Shown: piece by piece, positions 1-9,327 of the stretch
How the letters are laid out: each line of letters opens with the position of its first letter
Position numbering within the stretch: position 1 is the first letter of the stretch
Assembly (NCBI GenBank): GCA_903884945.1
Contig: CAISGR010000279.1
Location: 10,966-74,965 of the forward strand
Direction of reading: 5' to 3'
Origin: an uncultured bacterium
Lineage (GTDB): Bacteria > Pseudomonadota > Alphaproteobacteria > Sphingomonadales > Sphingomonadaceae
Length of the DNA: 64,000 bases
Notes under the pieces: model-generated
Databases searched by the model: none
Told to the model about the DNA's origin: nothing
The model's input: the letters and a program-made list of their open reading frames with translations, nothing else
Translations under genes and position numbers: made by a program

Positions 1-1
1 C

Positions 2-496
2 GTCTCGATCCTGATGGTCACCGCCAAGGGCGACGATGTCGATCGCATCGTGGGGCTCGAGATCGGCGCCGACGATTATCTGCCCAAGCCGTTCAACCCG
101 CGCGAACTGGTCGCGCGAGTGCGGGCGGTGCTGCGCCGCACCCGCGAACAGCATCGCGTCGTCGCCGCCCTGCCGGCCGAGCGCTATCGCTTCGGCGGCT
201 GGATCCTCGATGTCGGCGCGCGATCGGTAACGAGCGCGGCGAGCCGCGAGATCGACCTGACCGCCGGGGAGTTCGACCTGCTGCTGTGCTTCGTCACCCA
301 CCCGCAGCGCGTGCTCAACCGCGACCAGCTGCTCGACTGGACGCGCGGGCGCAACGCCGCCGCGTTCGACCGGTCAGTCGACGTGCAGCTCAGCCGCCTG
401 CGCCGCAAGCTCGCCGACCAGCCCGGCGGCGCGGCGCTGATCAAGACGGTGCGGGGCGGCGGCTATCAGTTCACGCTGGGCGTGGAGCGGGCATGA
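2..496 (+). CDS. OmpR/PhoB-family response regulator (5'-truncated by window edge)
   Basis: Receiver C-terminus (TAKG...GADDYLPKPF) plus winged-helix (LTAGEFDLL, DRSVDVQLSRLRRKL, IKTVRGGGY); frame open from position 2. Confidence 0.95.
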   Translation, partial: VSILMVTAKGDDVDRIVGLEIGADDYLPKPFNPRELVARVRAVLRRTREQHRVVAALPAERYRFGGWILDVGARSVTSAASREIDLTAGEFDLLLCFVTHPQRVLNRDQLLDWTRGRNAAAFDRSVDVQLSRLRRKLADQPGGAALIKTVRGGGYQFTLGVERA

Positions 497-1854
497 CGAT
501 CTCGTCCAACCTCTCGCTGCGGATCACCGCGATCCTGCTGGCCGGCTTCGTCGCGCTGCAGCTGCTGATCGTCGCGGCGACCACCCTGCCCTCGCGCGGC
601 GACGACCAGCGGCCCTATAACCTGCCCCTGCCCGCCCAGGCCCGCGCGATCGTAGACGCGCTCGATCGCGTGCCCGCGGCGCAGCGCGGCGACCTGGTCG
701 GGGCATTGAACGGCGGCCTCTACAGCGTCTCGGTCGAGCCCCGCCTCCCCGGCGCGACTCCCCAGGCCACGCCCGATCTCGATCTGCTGGCGGGCTATTA
801 CGCCCGTGCGCTGCCCGGACGGCGGCTCGTGGTGAACGGGCGGCGGCCGCTGCTCGGGCGGATGATCGGGTCGCGACCACGGCCGGCGCGCTTCTTCGCC
901 CCCGTCACGGTCGCCGTCGAGCTGCGCGACGGCAGCGCCGCCGTGCTGACCAGCCAGCCCTCCGCCTCGATGCGGCGCTTTCTCCGCTCGCGCTCGTGGC
1001 TCGGCGCGCTGAGCGGCCTGATCGTGCTGAGCATCCTGGCGCTGGCGGTGCGGCAGACCGCCCGCCCGCTGCTGCGCCTCGCGCGCGAAGTCCGCGGGTT
1101 CGGCACCAATCTCGACGCGCCCGACCTCCCCGTGACGGGCCCGCGCGAGATCCGCGAGCTGGCGCAATCCTTCAACGACATGAAGGCGCGGATCCGCGAG
1201 CTGATGGCGGAGCGCACGCGCGTGCTCGCGGCGATCGCGCATGACATGCGCACCTATCTCACCCGCCTCCGCCTGCGCGCCGAGTTCATCGACGATGCGC
1301 GCCATCGCGACGGCGCGGTGCGCGACCTGGACGAGATGGCAGCGCTGCTCGACGATACGCTGTTCTTCGCACAGGGCGAGGCCGGCGCGGCCGAGCCGGT
1401 GCGCCTCGACCTCACCGCGACTGCCGCGGCACTGGTCGCGGTTCGCCGCGAGCTGGGCGACGCCGTGACGATCGATCCGGCGCAGGAGCTGTGGGTGCGG
1501 GCGACCCCGCTCTCGGTGCGGCGCATCCTGGGCAACCTGATCGACAATGGCCTGCGCTATGGCGACGCGGTGACGGTGCGCTTCGACACGGCGGGCGACC
1601 GGATCGCGTTGATCGTGGAGGACGACGGCTGCGGCGTCCCGCCCGAGGTGCTGGCGCGGCTGGGCGAGCCGTTCAACCGGCTCGACGCGTCGCGCAATCG
1701 CGAGACGGGCGGCGCCGGCCTCGGCCTCGCCATCGTCCGCGCGCTGGCGGGCCGCGACGGCGCCGAGGTGCTGTTCGCCAATCGCGCCGAAGGGGGCCTG
1801 CGCGTCACGGTGCGCTATCCGGCGGCCGCCTCCGGCGCGGTCCGCGAGCCATAG
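493..1854 (+). CDS. Sensor histidine kinase (HAMP-HisKA-HATPase)
   Basis: ATG at 493 overlaps the regulator stop (ATGA); two TM segments, H-box AIAHDMRT, N-box NLIDNGLRYG, G-boxes DDGCG and GAGLGL. Confidence 0.95.
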   Translation: MTISSNLSLRITAILLAGFVALQLLIVAATTLPSRGDDQRPYNLPLPAQARAIVDALDRVPAAQRGDLVGALNGGLYSVSVEPRLPGATPQATPDLDLLAGYYARALPGRRLVVNGRRPLLGRMIGSRPRPARFFAPVTVAVELRDGSAAVLTSQPSASMRRFLRSRSWLGALSGLIVLSILALAVRQTARPLLRLAREVRGFGTNLDAPDLPVTGPREIRELAQSFNDMKARIRELMAERTRVLAAIAHDMRTYLTRLRLRAEFIDDARHRDGAVRDLDEMAALLDDTLFFAQGEAGAAEPVRLDLTATAAALVAVRRELGDAVTIDPAQELWVRATPLSVRRILGNLIDNGLRYGDAVTVRFDTAGDRIALIVEDDGCGVPPEVLARLGEPFNRLDASRNRETGGAGLGLAIVRALAGRDGAEVLFANRAEGGLRVTVRYPAAASGAVREP

Positions 1855-3110
1855 ACGGCATAGAAGAGCACATAGAGCTCGCACGCGGCGGTGAGCAGGA
1901 AGGATGTCTGCAGCCCATAGGCATCGGCCAGCCAACCCTGGACGATGACCAGCGCACCGCCCGCAATCGCCATGATCAGCAGGCCGGAGCCTTCCTCGGT
2001 CAGCGGGCCGAGGCCGCGGATGCCGAGCGTGAAGATCGTGGGGAACATGATCGAGTGGAACAGCCCGACCGAGATCAGCGCCCACATCGCGACCGGACCG
2101 GTGGCGAAGGTGGCGACCAGCATCACCGCCAGCGCCCCGATGCTGAAGGCAGCGAGCACGCGCTCGGCCGGGATGCGCTGCATCAGCAGGCTGCCGAGGA
2201 AGCGCCCGACCATCATCCCGCCCCAGAGCAGAAAGAGATAGTGCGAGGCCTGTTCGTGCGTCAGGTTGCCGATCTCGGGCGCGGAGACGAAGTTGATGAA
2301 GAGGTTGCCGACGCCGATCTCGGCGATCAGGTAGATGAAGATCGCGGGAATGCCGAACACCAGATTGGGATGGCGCCAGAGCGAATGGCCGCGCCGCTCC
2401 GCGCGGGAATGGCGCTGCGCGGCGTTGATGTCCGGCAGCCTGAAGCGCGCGATCACGACGGCCAGCACGACCAGCACCGCCGCCACGATCAGATAGGGCA
2501 GCTGCACCGACTGCGCATCGGCGAGGCGCTCGGCCGGGGTCAGCACGGCGCCCGCGGCCGCGGTGCCGGAGGTGCTGCGGCCGAGGATCAGATAGCCGCC
2601 GAACAGCGGCGCGAGCGTCGTCCCCATCGAGTTGAACGCCTGGACGAGGTTCAGCCGGGACGAGGAGGTTTCGGGCGAGCCGATCACCGCGACATAGGGG
2701 TTGGCCGCGACCTGCAGCAGCGTGATGCCCGCGGCGATGATGAACAGGGCCGCGAGCACGACCGAGTAGGAAGGTATCATCGAGGCCGGCACCATCAGCA
2801 CCGCCCCCGCCGCCATCACGATCAGGCCGGTGACGATCGAGCGTTTGTAGCCGATCCGCTCGATCAGCATCGCCGAGGGGATCGAGGCGACGAAATAGGC
2901 GATGAACCAGACCGATTCGATCAGCGTGGTCTGGGTGTAGTTGAGATCGAACACGCTGCGCAGGTGCGGCAGCAGCGTGCCGTTGATGACGGTGATGAAC
3001 CCCCACATGAAGAACAGGGTGGCAAGCAGGGACAGGGTCGCCCCATAGCCTGATCCGCCGCCCGCGCCCGCTGCCGGGCGTTGCGCCACTGCCCCTGTCG
3101 GTCCCGCCAT
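1815..3110 (-). CDS. Sugar:H+ symporter, FucP/GluP-like MFS
   Basis: LFFMWGF, LQVAANPY, SRLNLVQAFNSMG, YLIAEIG, SIMFPTIF motifs typical of the fucose/glucose-galactose permease family. Confidence 0.92.
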   Translation of the reverse strand: MAGPTGAVAQRPAAGAGGGSGYGATLSLLATLFFMWGFITVINGTLLPHLRSVFDLNYTQTTLIESVWFIAYFVASIPSAMLIERIGYKRSIVTGLIVMAAGAVLMVPASMIPSYSVVLAALFIIAAGITLLQVAANPYVAVIGSPETSSSRLNLVQAFNSMGTTLAPLFGGYLILGRSTSGTAAAGAVLTPAERLADAQSVQLPYLIVAAVLVVLAVVIARFRLPDINAAQRHSRAERRGHSLWRHPNLVFGIPAIFIYLIAEIGVGNLFINFVSAPEIGNLTHEQASHYLFLLWGGMMVGRFLGSLLMQRIPAERVLAAFSIGALAVMLVATFATGPVAMWALISVGLFHSIMFPTIFTLGIRGLGPLTEEGSGLLIMAIAGGALVIVQGWLADAYGLQTSFLLTAACELYVLFYAVYGSRTAPEAAAG

Positions 3111-3130
3111 GTCGATCTCTCTCCGTTATC

Positions 3131-3144
3131 TTGTCTGAGTATAT
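3131..3144. promoter_or_regulatory. Putative GntR/FadR operator, copy 1 (TTGTCTGAGTATAT)
   Basis: Exact reverse complement of 4950..4963; about 20 bp upstream of the MFS start. Confidence 0.7.
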
Positions 3145-3188
3145 GGCCGGCAGGGCAGCGGTCAACGCCCGCCCCGCCGGGTGAGGGC

Positions 3189-3923
3189 CTATGGCTCCAT
3201 CGACAATTCGGTATCGGCCAGCGCCTGGCGGACGAGCTCGGCCATCGCCGTGCGCGCCGCTTCCGGATCAGCGGCGACGATCGCGCCATAGAGCAGGCGA
3301 TGCTCCGGCATGGGATCGCGCGGCAGCCGGCGCTTGCGCTGCTTGAAGATCGTCGTCCAGCCGACCGCCGCCGCGATGGTGCTCGACAGGGTGGTCAGCG
3401 GCTCGTTGCGCGTCGCCTCGAGGATGAGATGGTGGAACGCCTGGTCGGCGGCGCGCCCCTCGGCGGTGGCGAGGCCGTGGCGATCCATCTCCTCCAGCGC
3501 ATGGCCGAGCTGCGCCAGCTCGCGCGCGGAGCGGCGCTCGGCCGCCAGCGCCGCCGCCGCCGGCTCGACGATCATGCGCAGCTCGAACAGGCTGCGGATG
3601 AACGCCTCGCTCGGCTCGCCCTCGAACATCCAGGCGAGCACGTCGGGATCGAGCAGGTTCCAGCGGCTGCGCGGGCTGACGCGGGTGCCCGCCTTGGGCC
3701 GGCTTTCGACCAGCCCCTTGGCCATCAGCATCCGCACCGCCTCGCGATAGGCGCTGCGCGACACGTGCAGCGTGCCGGCGAACTCGATCTCCCCGGGCAG
3801 CGTATCGCCCGGCTGGTGGACCCCGGTGACGATCGCGACGCCGAGATCATGCGCGATGGTGCCATGGATGCGCAGCCCGCGCGGCGCGGCGCCCGCCCTG
3901 GTGGCCCCCGCCGCCACGATCAC
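3189..3923 (-). CDS. GntR (FadR subfamily) transcriptional regulator
   Basis: wHTH LPGEIEFAGTLHVSRSAYREA...GLVESRPKAGT plus FCD domain (ELRMIVEP, DQAFHHLILEATRN). Confidence 0.95.
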   Translation of the reverse strand: MIVAAGATRAGAAPRGLRIHGTIAHDLGVAIVTGVHQPGDTLPGEIEFAGTLHVSRSAYREAVRMLMAKGLVESRPKAGTRVSPRSRWNLLDPDVLAWMFEGEPSEAFIRSLFELRMIVEPAAAALAAERRSARELAQLGHALEEMDRHGLATAEGRAADQAFHHLILEATRNEPLTTLSSTIAAAVGWTTIFKQRKRRLPRDPMPEHRLLYGAIVAADPEAARTAMAELVRQALADTELSMEP

Positions 3924-4903
3924 AGCACCGTGACGGCAATGTCGCGCGGCGGCGCGATCGCGATGGGATTGCGCGCCGGCAGGCGGAACGGCGCTGCCTC
4001 GATCTCGAAAATATCACCCTCCTGCGTCGTCACCCCTTCGGCGAACGACAGGGTCGCGGTGCCGAAGAAATGTACATGCACGTCGCCCGGCTGGCGGAAC
4101 AGGCCATATTTGAAGTGGTGATGCTCGAGATTGTCGATGCTGTGCGACATATTGGCCTCGCCGGTGACGAAGGGCCGTTCCCACAGCACCGCGCCATCGC
4201 GCAGGATCCGGCTGGTGCCGCGCACATCCTCGGGCAGGGCGCCGAGCAGCAGCTCGGGCCCGAGCGCGGCGGCGCGCAGCTTCGAATGGGCGAGCCACAG
4301 ATAATTGCCCCGCTCCGTCACGTGATCGGAGAATTCATTGCCGAGGGCGAAGCCGAGCCGCACCGGATTGCCCGCATCGTCGATCAGATAGATGCCCGCG
4401 ATCTCCGGCTCCTCGCCCGCATCGAGCGCGAAGGCGGGGGACGGCAGCGGCGCGCCGGGCGCCACCAGCGTGGAGCCGTTGCCCTTGTAGAACCATTCGG
4501 GCTGGGCGCCGACCGTGCCCGCCTCGGGCTTGCCGCCCTCGACCCCGAGCAGGAACATCCGCATCGAATCGGTCTGCTGCGACGCCTCGGTCATCGAGCG
4601 ATGCATCTTGTCCCGCCCCTCGGCCGAGCCGAGATGCGTCAGGCCGGTGCCGGTCATCAGCAGGTGCGCCGGATCGTCATGGTCGACCGGCGGCAGCAGC
4701 GTGACCGAGGCGAGATCCACCGCACCGGCATCGCCCGCCGCGGCGGCCTGATCGGCCAGGCTGCGGCCGGCGGCCAGCGCCGCCCGGGCGAGATCACGCA
4801 CGCTCGCGACCCCGGCGAGCCGCTGCGGCGGCGCCTCGCCGCGCAGGATCGCCACGCCGCGACCACCCGATGCATCGGCGAACTGAACCAGCGATATCCG
4901 CAT
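3920..4903 (-). CDS. araD1: AraD1/GguC-family fumarylacetoacetate-hydrolase-like protein (pentose oxidative pathway)
   Basis: Start MRISLVQF at 4903; TGTGLTHLGSA, QPEWFYKGNG, GEEPEIAG, NEFSDH, NYLWLAHSKLR, HVHFFGT motifs; the ORF track's 1006-aa extension is a shadow. Confidence 0.85.
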   Translation of the reverse strand: MRISLVQFADASGGRGVAILRGEAPPQRLAGVASVRDLARAALAAGRSLADQAAAAGDAGAVDLASVTLLPPVDHDDPAHLLMTGTGLTHLGSAEGRDKMHRSMTEASQQTDSMRMFLLGVEGGKPEAGTVGAQPEWFYKGNGSTLVAPGAPLPSPAFALDAGEEPEIAGIYLIDDAGNPVRLGFALGNEFSDHVTERGNYLWLAHSKLRAAALGPELLLGALPEDVRGTSRILRDGAVLWERPFVTGEANMSHSIDNLEHHHFKYGLFRQPGDVHVHFFGTATLSFAEGVTTQEGDIFEIEAAPFRLPARNPIAIAPPRDIAVTVL

Positions 4904-4949
4904 CTGCGGCTTCCTCCCGACCTGTGTGCGTAATTTGATGCTTGATCCG

Positions 4950-4963
4950 ATATACTCAGACAA
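4950..4963. promoter_or_regulatory. Putative GntR/FadR operator, copy 2 (ATATACTCAGACAA)
   Basis: In the 99-bp divergent gap between araD1 and GH51; identical in reverse orientation to 3131..3144. Confidence 0.7.
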
Positions 4964-5002
4964 TATGATGCCGCAACCGCCTTGAGCGGATAGCATGAGG
5001 GG

Positions 5003-6577
5003 ATGTCGACCATGGCGATCGCGGGACGGATCAGGACGGGCGCGCGCATCGCGCTGGCGGTTGCGGCGGCGCTCGCGGCGGTGCCAGCGGCGCAGGCGCA
5101 GCAGGCAAGCGTCACCGTGCATGCCGACAAGCCCGGCCCCAGGGTGCAGCGCCAGATCTTCGGTCAGTTCGCCGAGCATCTCGGCACCGGCATCTATGGC
5201 GGCCTGTGGGTCGGCCGGAATTCGCGCATCCCCAATACCGACGGCTTCCGCAACGACGTGATCGCGGCGCTGCGCGCGATCAAGGTGCCGGTGATCCGCT
5301 GGCCCGGCGGCTGCTTCGCCGACGAATATCACTGGCGCGAGGGCGTCGGCGCGCCGGCGAAGCGCCCAACCAAGGTCAACACGCACTGGGGCGGCGTGAC
5401 CGAGCCCAATGCGGTGGGCACCAACGAGTTCATGAACTTCTCGGAAGCCGTCGGCGCCGAGCCCTATGTCTCGGGCAATGTCGGCAGCGGCACGCAGCAG
5501 GAGATGGCGGACTGGATCGAATACATGACCTCGCCCACCGCCTCGACGCTCGCGAACGAGCGCCGCGCGAACGGCCGGAAGGAGCCCTGGAAACTGCCCT
5601 ATTTCGGGCTGGGCAACGAGCTGTGGGGCTGCGGCGGCAATATGAGCCCGGAATATGCCGCCAACGAGACGAAACGCTACGCGACCTTCGTCAAGGCGCC
5701 GGCCAACACGCGGATCCTGAAGATCGCGAGCGGCGCCAGCGACGACAATTACGCATGGACCGAGGTGATGATGCGGGAGGCAGGCAAGAATATCGACGGC
5801 ATCGGCGTGCATTACTACACCGTGCCCGACACGTGGAAGCAGAAGGGATCGGCGATCGGCTTCGACGAATCCTCCTGGGCGCGCACGCTGTGGAAGACGC
5901 AGCGGATGGACGAGTACATCACCAGGCACAGCGCGATCATGGACAAATATGATCCCGAGCGCCGGGTGTGGCTCGCGGTCGACGAATGGGGGACGTGGTA
6001 CGACCCGACGCCGGGATCGAACCCGGGCTTCCTGCAGCAGCAGAATTCGCTGCGCGACGCGCTGGTCGCCGCGATCAACATCAACATCTTCACGCGCCAC
6101 GCCGAGCGGGTGAAGATGGCCAATATCGCCCAGATGATCAACGTGCTGCAGGCGATGATCCTGACGGACGGCGACAAGATGACCGTCACGCCGAGCTATC
6201 AGGCGTTCAAGATGCTGATGCCGTGGCAGGATGCGACGCAGCTGCCGATCGACGTGACCAGCCCGTGGTACGACAAGGATGCCGCGGCGATGCCGGCGCT
6301 CAATGCCTCGGCAGTGCGCGGGGCGGACGGCGCGATCCACCTGTCGCTCGTCAATCTCAATCCGGCGAACCCGCTGACCGTGACGCTGAACGTCGACGGC
6401 GCCACCGCCACGACCGCGACCGGCAGCGTACTGACCGCCGACCGGATGGACGCGCACAACAGCATCGGCGCGCCGATCGCCGTGGCCCCGCGCGACATCG
6501 CGCCGGTGCCGGTCAGCGACGGCAAGGTGACGCTGACCCTGCCCGCCAAATCGGTGACGGTGGTGACGCTGCACTGA
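5003..6577 (+). CDS. abfA: Secreted alpha-L-arabinofuranosidase, GH51
   Basis: Signal peptide; GQFAEHLG, RWPGGCFAD, LGNELWGCGG (acid/base), VDEWG (nucleophile), MANIAQMINVLQ. Confidence 0.93.
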   Translation: MSTMAIAGRIRTGARIALAVAAALAAVPAAQAQQASVTVHADKPGPRVQRQIFGQFAEHLGTGIYGGLWVGRNSRIPNTDGFRNDVIAALRAIKVPVIRWPGGCFADEYHWREGVGAPAKRPTKVNTHWGGVTEPNAVGTNEFMNFSEAVGAEPYVSGNVGSGTQQEMADWIEYMTSPTASTLANERRANGRKEPWKLPYFGLGNELWGCGGNMSPEYAANETKRYATFVKAPANTRILKIASGASDDNYAWTEVMMREAGKNIDGIGVHYYTVPDTWKQKGSAIGFDESSWARTLWKTQRMDEYITRHSAIMDKYDPERRVWLAVDEWGTWYDPTPGSNPGFLQQQNSLRDALVAAININIFTRHAERVKMANIAQMINVLQAMILTDGDKMTVTPSYQAFKMLMPWQDATQLPIDVTSPWYDKDAAAMPALNASAVRGADGAIHLSLVNLNPANPLTVTLNVDGATATTATGSVLTADRMDAHNSIGAPIAVAPRDIAPVPVSDGKVTLTLPAKSVTVVTLH

Positions 6578-6582
6578 GGCAG

Positions 6583-6605
6583 CGCGCCGGGACGATCCCG
6601 GCGCG
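6583..6605 (+). terminator. Hairpin after the GH51 gene
   Basis: CGCGCCGGGA-CGA-TCCCGGCGCG perfect 10-bp stem 5 bp after the stop; no clear U-tract. Confidence 0.55.
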
Positions 6606-7182
6606 GGCCAAGTAATGCCGAAGTAAAACGCCGCAGATGGGTTGAGGACGCGACAATAAAGGGTGGCTTTTGCAAGCCCACGTCCACCCCATTTTTTTGC
6701 GTTCGGCGCGCCGATCACGAAAGAAGAACGACAAACGACGGAGGAGTGCCGCCGCCGGCGGGCGGACTCCTCCAGTCGACGACCGGCGCGATGGCGCAGC
6801 AATAGTTTTCCTCTTCTTCCCGAATTATGAGAATCGATCGCGGGGACTGGCGCTGTTCGGGCTGCCGACGATCCGGCGGCGATACATTCTCGGGAGATCA
6901 TGGATCGCGCGGCTTTCCGGGGCGAGCGGGTGCCTGACACTGAATGAGGGTGTCCTCCGTTACATCGGACGAGGATGGAGGGCTCTGGCGCGCAGGTGAA
7001 TCGACGGGTGCCTGGCGCACTCCTGCGCGCCGCGCAGATGGCCGAGACCCGGGGCGGACGGGAACGGACAAGATGAGCCGTGGCGGTCGGTCAACCCGGC
7101 GCGACCGGAGAAGCCCGGCGGCGGCCCGACCTTAGAACGGCTCCCGGTTCACGCGATGTGCGCACCGCAGATCATGCAGGCA

Positions 7183-8553
7183 TTACCGTAAAATCGCCGG
7201 CGCATCCCGCACCAGCTTCGTCGGCGCGGGTTCGTCGATCCACTGTGTCTCCATTGTCGAGCCTGTCAGACGGATGCGGAAGCGATCGTCATAGCCGTCG
7301 ACTGCGAACCAACCATCCTCCGTCAGCGGCAAGAGCCGGCTGGATATGCCATTACGCCGCTCGAAATAGAGCGCTCCCTCTCTCGGCACGATCTTCCGGC
7401 CATCATAGGTTCCCGCCAGCGCCGCAAGTCGTGGCGCCGGTATCGACACCGGGTGCAATTGCGCCTCGACCACGGGAAGCGCCCATCGCCAGTCGGCCTG
7501 GTCGCCGGGACTGGCATCCGCCCGCGCCATCAACCTCCGCAGCGCCAACGCCTGGGCGGCAGGCAAGGCGCGGTCGAAATCGGCAGAAACGTCGGGCGGA
7601 ACCCCGACCCCTTCCCAATTGGTGCCGGATACCGGATGGACTGGCCGGCCGAAGGAAACGCTGAGCATGAAGCCCGGCGCAACCGGCGTGAAGCCATTGT
7701 TGTTCGCCGCGCCCGCCGTCGTCGTGCCGACCAAGGTCCCCAATTTGAACTGTTTGACGTCATAGGCGAATGCCTCCGCCGCGGATCCGACCTGATCGTT
7801 GACGAGTATATAGAGCGGCTGGCGTTTCAGCCTTCCGGCCGGGAGATATTCGAGCGTGCGCGATTGCTCGGGTTCAGCGCCCGACCGCAGGAAGGTGATG
7901 TCCAGCCGGTCACCATCCATGAAATGGCTGAGCAGATAGCGCACCGCAGCGTGCGAGCCCCCGCCATTGTTGCGCAGGTCGATGATGAGGGCATCGCCAC
8001 CGCGCAGGAAACGCATCGCATCATCATAGACCGCACCGGTCTGATCATCGATCCATTGGAAGCCGGTAATTCTCAAATAGCGGATATTGCCTGGCAAAAT
8101 GCGCAGCTCCGCCAAGCCATGATTGGCGCGCGCCGCCTGATGCCCACGAAGGACGTCGACCGCACTCGTGTCGCCGACTCCGCCCGGCCGCTCGGCCGCG
8201 AGCGTCGCGGCATATTCGTCCGGTGCGTAGTTCAGATAGACATGGCGATCACCACTTGCAGCACGGAGATCATCCGTCACCCTTGCGGCGAAGGCGCGGG
8301 GGTCTTCCAGATCGTAGCGCCCCGAAGCCAGGCCAGCCTGCAGACGTGCGGTGATCGCCGGGACGCGTTGGGGAAAGACATATTGCCGCTGGATGGCAAC
8401 GCTGATCGCGGCAACCGCCGCGGCCCGTTGCGCTCCCCCCAGCCTGACCGCTTCGCCGGCAGCGACAGCGACCGGGGCGGCGCGTTGCGCGGCCACCGGC
8501 GTCGCGGCGGCAAGAAGCAGCATGGCGGCGGGGCCGAAACACAAGCACCTCAT
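7183..8553 (-). CDS. Secreted S41-family peptidase (tail-specific/tricorn-like)
   Basis: Signal peptide; GNIRYLRI, LIIDLRNNGGG, GSAAEAFAY (catalytic Ser), GTTTAGAAN, WEGVGVPPD. Confidence 0.92.
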   Translation of the reverse strand: MRCLCFGPAAMLLLAAATPVAAQRAAPVAVAAGEAVRLGGAQRAAAVAAISVAIQRQYVFPQRVPAITARLQAGLASGRYDLEDPRAFAARVTDDLRAASGDRHVYLNYAPDEYAATLAAERPGGVGDTSAVDVLRGHQAARANHGLAELRILPGNIRYLRITGFQWIDDQTGAVYDDAMRFLRGGDALIIDLRNNGGGSHAAVRYLLSHFMDGDRLDITFLRSGAEPEQSRTLEYLPAGRLKRQPLYILVNDQVGSAAEAFAYDVKQFKLGTLVGTTTAGAANNNGFTPVAPGFMLSVSFGRPVHPVSGTNWEGVGVPPDVSADFDRALPAAQALALRRLMARADASPGDQADWRWALPVVEAQLHPVSIPAPRLAALAGTYDGRKIVPREGALYFERRNGISSRLLPLTEDGWFAVDGYDDRFRIRLTGSTMETQWIDEPAPTKLVRDAPAILR

Positions 8554-9029
8554 AGGCTTTTCTCCGGCGGCTGCAGTTGCTCGATGAGCCGATCAAGGAA
8601 AGGGCGTTGCTCCAGCGCTTCGAGCAGCCGGACCAGGATGCCCTCCAGCGGCTGACCCAGATCAGCGTCCAGGGTACGGGCCGCAGCCTCCGTGGCAGTC
8701 CAGCACGCCTGCAGAGCCGGGATCATGGCCTCGGCGGCGGGCGTGAGGGCCACGATGCGCTCCCGCGCATCCGCGCCGGCGGCAAGGGACACAAGACCGC
8801 GCTCCGCCATTTGCGATATGGTCTGGCTGGCCGCGGAATGACTGACCGTGGAGCGCCGGGCAAGCGCGCGAATGGTCATCGGGCCATGACGCATCAACGC
8901 ACGAACCATGGGGGTGTATCTGGGCCGGTAGTCGAGGCCCGCCATCTCGTAGCTTCGTCCGACCGCTTCATCCAGTTCTTCGGTGAGCCGGCGCAGCAGG
9001 GTGCCGAGGGTGGGCGATTCGGACAGCAT
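8550..9029 (-). CDS. MarR-family transcriptional regulator
   Basis: Start MLSESPTLGTLLRRL; wHTH TIRALARRSTVSHSAASQTISQMAERGLV...DARERIVALT; stop overlaps the S41 start. Confidence 0.9.
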   Translation of the reverse strand: MLSESPTLGTLLRRLTEELDEAVGRSYEMAGLDYRPRYTPMVRALMRHGPMTIRALARRSTVSHSAASQTISQMAERGLVSLAAGADARERIVALTPAAEAMIPALQACWTATEAAARTLDADLGQPLEGILVRLLEALEQRPFLDRLIEQLQPPEKSL

Positions 9030-9032
9030 CGA

Positions 9033-9054
9033 AATATATAAGCGCTTATATATT
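9033..9054. promoter_or_regulatory. Perfect 22-bp palindrome, likely MarR auto-operator (AATATATAAGCGCTTATATATT)
   Basis: Perfect AT-rich inverted repeat 3 bp upstream of the MarR ATG in a high-GC background. Confidence 0.8.
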
Positions 9055-9269
9055 CCGGGCTCAATGGCTTTCTGTGAGGGCTTTTCACGGCCGCGACCCG
9101 CTATCGCGGCGGGCGAGGGCCAGCTCGCCAGAGGCGGCGAGCGGCTCCCGCCATGGCCACAGGGCGGCCAAATCATCGGCCGGATCGCGGCACCCGCCAA
9201 GCTGCGGAAATGCCCGGATCGGCAGAACGAGGCGGTGACGATCCTCCACCGACACGCCCTCTTCGCTAA

Positions 9270-9284
9270 TGCGAACCACTTGCA
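9270..9284. promoter_or_regulatory. Putative alphaproteobacterial Fur box (TGCGAACCACTTGCA)
   Basis: One mismatch to TGCGA-N5-TCGCA; about 45 bp upstream of a TBDR-PepSY pair. Confidence 0.55.
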
Positions 9285-9327
9285 ACTTCTGACATCGATC
9301 TCTATCCGGCCGGGAAAAGGAGCACAG

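Noticed and set aside
4904-6940. 1006-aa ORF 3920..6940 as a giant fusion
   Set aside because: Only the last 327 aa (from 4903) are AraD1-like; the rest is antisense to GH51.
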